Assembly (NCBI GenBank): GCA_963766735.1
Contig: CAVYBU010000030.1
Coordinates: forward strand, 32,001-96,000
Direction of reading: 5' to 3'
Source: an uncultured Chloroflexia bacterium
GTDB lineage: Bacteria; Chloroflexota; Limnocylindria; Limnocylindrales; CSP1-4
Length of the DNA: 64,000 nucleotides
In this document: in pieces, positions 61,682 through 64,000 of the stretch
Layout of the letters: the number at the start of each line of letters is the position of its first letter
Position numbering within the stretch: position 1 is the stretch's first letter
Made by a program: the position numbers and the translations under genes
Notes under the pieces: model-generated
The model's input: only the letters and a program-made list of their open reading frames with translations
Database searches by the model: none
What the model was told of the DNA's origin: nothing

Positions 61682-62707
61682 CTACGCCGTGACGAAATCG
61701 TCCGGCGCGGACCAGGAGTGCAGCGTGGCCAGGTAGTTGGCACGCTCGAAGGCCGTCGGGTCCTTGATCGTCGCGGCGCTCGCGCTGCCCCGCAGCTGGT
61801 TGACCGACTCGTACTCCCGCTCGGTCATCCAGGCGACCAGCTGATCCTGTACGGTCCGGATGTGATCCGGGCCGTCCCGAAGCACGGCCGATGCGACCAT
61901 GGCGACATCCGCACCGACCAGCAGCACCTTGAGCGCGTCGCTGCCCGAGTGCACGCCTGACGTGGCAGCCAGCCCCACGCCCGTGCCCAGCTGCGGGCGG
62001 AGGATGGCGATCCACCGCAATGGCATGCGCAGCTCCGAGGGGTGGCTCAGGGCAACCCGGTTGACAACGTCGAACGTGTCCAGGTCCAGGTCCGGCTGGT
62101 AGAAGCGGTTGAACAGCACGAGGCCGTTCGCCCCGGCCGCCACCGCCCGGCCCGCGAAGTTCGCGAGGGCGGAGTACGACGGTCCGAGCTTCACGGCCAG
62201 CGGGATGTCCACCGCCGCACGCACGGCCGCGATGAGCTGGAGGTCCATGTCCTCGCGGTCCACGGCCGTCATGCCCGGGTTCGCGGCCAGGTGGTACAGG
62301 TTGAGCTCCAGGGCGTCCGCCCCGGCATCCTGCATCAGGCGGGCGTAGCGGACCCAGCCGCCGGTGGTCGCCGCGTTCAGGCTGGCGATCACCGGGATCG
62401 TGAGGCTCTGCTTCGTCTTCTCGAGGCGCGTGAGGTAACGGTCCCCGATGCCCTTGAACGTGTCGATGCCCGGGAAGTAGCTCAGCGCCTCGGCGAAGGC
62501 CTCGGTGCCGGCTTCGAGGGCGCGGTTGAGCTCGATCTCCTCGTTGAGGATCTCCTCCTCGAACAGCGACGGCAGCACGACGGCGCCGACGCCGGCGTCC
62601 TCGAGCTGCTTCGCCGACACGGGGTCCCCCGTCAGGGGCGACGAGGAGGCGACGATCGGGGAGCGGAGCTCGAGCCCGAGGTAGCGGGTGCTCAGGTCGG
62701 GGGTCAC
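61682..62707 (-). CDS. Dihydroorotate dehydrogenase-like protein (PFOR-associated family)
   Basis: YLGLELRSPIV, SLFEE, LELN, LFNRFYQPD and FERANY motifs; overlaps the nifJ stop. Confidence 0.9.
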   Translation of the reverse strand: MTPDLSTRYLGLELRSPIVASSSPLTGDPVSAKQLEDAGVGAVVLPSLFEEEILNEEIELNRALEAGTEAFAEALSYFPGIDTFKGIGDRYLTRLEKTKQSLTIPVIASLNAATTGGWVRYARLMQDAGADALELNLYHLAANPGMTAVDREDMDLQLIAAVRAAVDIPLAVKLGPSYSALANFAGRAVAAGANGLVLFNRFYQPDLDLDTFDVVNRVALSHPSELRMPLRWIAILRPQLGTGVGLAATSGVHSGSDALKVLLVGADVAMVASAVLRDGPDHIRTVQDQLVAWMTEREYESVNQLRGSASAATIKDPTAFERANYLATLHSWSAPDDFVTA

Positions 62708-64000
62708 GCCTCGTCTCCCTTCTCGCCGGCGCCGAGCGCGGCGACCAGATCCGCGTTCGCGTCAACGGCATTGACGTGGGGCACGCTGCGGCGCATGCCC
62801 GCCAGCTGCTCGTAGTAGCGCCATCGCTCGTCGGCGTCGGCCTGGGCGAGCTCCGCGAGCTGCGCGGCACGCTCCGGGTCTGTGCGCTCCAGGATGGCGA
62901 ACCGCGTCTCGGTGGCCACGAACTCCCGGATGGGAATGGACGGCTTGGCGGAGTCCAGCTTGAACGGCTGTCCGTCCTCCACCTCGCTGGGCTGGAACCG
63001 GTAGAGCGGCCAGTAGCCGCTCTTGACGGCGTCCTTCTGGTGCGACATCGAGCGCGACATGTCGATGCCGTGGGCGATGCAGGTCGAGTAGGCGATGATC
63101 AGCGAGGTGCCCGGCCAGGCGTCCGCCTCGAGCAGGGCCTTGGTCGTCTGGGCATCGTTGGCACCCATCGAGACCTGCGCCACGAATACGTTGCCGTAGG
63201 CCCGGGCGATCGCACCCAGGTCCTTCTTGCCGGTCGACTTGCCGGCAGCCGCGAACTTCGCGACCGCGCCCCGCGGCGTGGCCTTGGAGGCCTGGCCGCC
63301 GGTGTTGGAGTAGACCTCGGTGTCGAGGACCAGGATGTTGACGTTCCTGCCCGACGAGAGGACCTGGTCCAGCCCTCCGAAGCCGATGTCGTAGGCCCAC
63401 CCGTCGCCACCGACGATCCAGACGCCCTGGCGGACGAGATCCGCGCTGAGCGCGAGGAGCTGGCGGGCGTCCTCGCCGTGGTCGCCGTCGATGCCCTCGA
63501 TCAGCTCCCGGAGGCGGTCCACACGGGCGCGCTGGGCGATGATCTCGGGCTCGGTCTCCTGCGGGCTGTCGAGCAGCTCGCGCACGAGGTCGTCGCCCAC
63601 GATGGGGGCCACGCGCTGGAGCAGGTCGCGGGCGAAGGTCGTCTGCGCGTCGAGCGCGAGGCGCATGCCCAGGCCGAACTCGGCGTTGTCCTCGAACAGG
63701 GAGTTCGCCCAGGCGGGACCCCGGCCCTGGGCGTTGACCGTCCACGGGGTGGTCGGCAGGTTGGCACCGTAGATCGACGAGCAGCCGGTGGCGTTGGCCA
63801 CGATCATCCTGTCGCCGAACAGCTGGGTCACGAGGCGCAGGTAGGGCGTCTCGCCGCAGCCGCCGCAGGCGCCGGAGAACTCGAACAGCGGCTCGAGGAC
63901 CTGGGAGCCCTTGACCGTGTCGTGCGGGATCAGGCTGCGGTCGAGCGGGGCGATCGCCGTGAAGGCGTCCCAGCGCTCGCGCTCCGCGTCCCGGTGATCG
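62704..64000 (-). CDS. nifJ: Pyruvate:ferredoxin/flavodoxin oxidoreductase (3' part; 5' end outside the window)
   Basis: FEFSGACGGCGETPY, ANATGCSSIYG, GGDGWAYDIG, YSNTGGQ and YSTCIAHG motifs. Confidence 0.96.
   Translation of the reverse strand, partial: DHRDAERERWDAFTAIAPLDRSLIPHDTVKGSQVLEPLFEFSGACGGCGETPYLRLVTQLFGDRMIVANATGCSSIYGANLPTTPWTVNAQGRGPAWANSLFEDNAEFGLGMRLALDAQTTFARDLLQRVAPIVGDDLVRELLDSPQETEPEIIAQRARVDRLRELIEGIDGDHGEDARQLLALSADLVRQGVWIVGGDGWAYDIGFGGLDQVLSSGRNVNILVLDTEVYSNTGGQASKATPRGAVAKFAAAGKSTGKKDLGAIARAYGNVFVAQVSMGANDAQTTKALLEADAWPGTSLIIAYSTCIAHGIDMSRSMSHQKDAVKSGYWPLYRFQPSEVEDGQPFKLDSAKPSIPIREFVATETRFAILERTDPERAAQLAELAQADADERWRYYEQLAGMRRSVPHVNAVDANADLVAALGAGEKGDEA

Overview
A very GC-rich, gene-dense bacterial chromosome segment. 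Gene content and promoter style suggest Chloroflexota, possibly Limnocylindria (inference only). 1-8.8 kb: a surface-glycan locus (Alg14/PssD-like, glycosyltransferase-like, pyruvyltransferase, two kinase-like genes, NeuA-PseG fusion, NeuB, epimerase) ending at an orphan 3' gene remnant. 9-19 kb: two GGDEF cyclases, then polX, a membrane protein, a TPR/HIRAN-like protein and a 919-aa degenerate DNA-methyltransferase/PD-(D/E)XK-like protein. The rest is mostly metabolic and housekeeping: DUF885, an amine-catabolism trio, MscS, acs, a coiled-coil/CpaE-like pair, moaA, PNP, fasciclin/DUF4397, thyX, MFS/CocE, an Opp/Dpp operon, aquaporin, two ABC exporters, tag, a GreA with a GIY-YIG-like N-terminal domain, a serine hydrolase, a DEAD-box helicase, ybaK, a secreted clan-CD-like protein behind a structured leader, and a DHODH-like/nifJ pair. 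Many genes look leaderless. At least five genes carry single +1 frameshifts that look like sequencing errors. I saw no rRNA, tRNA, CRISPR array or transposase. All family assignments come from motif recognition by eye, not database searches.
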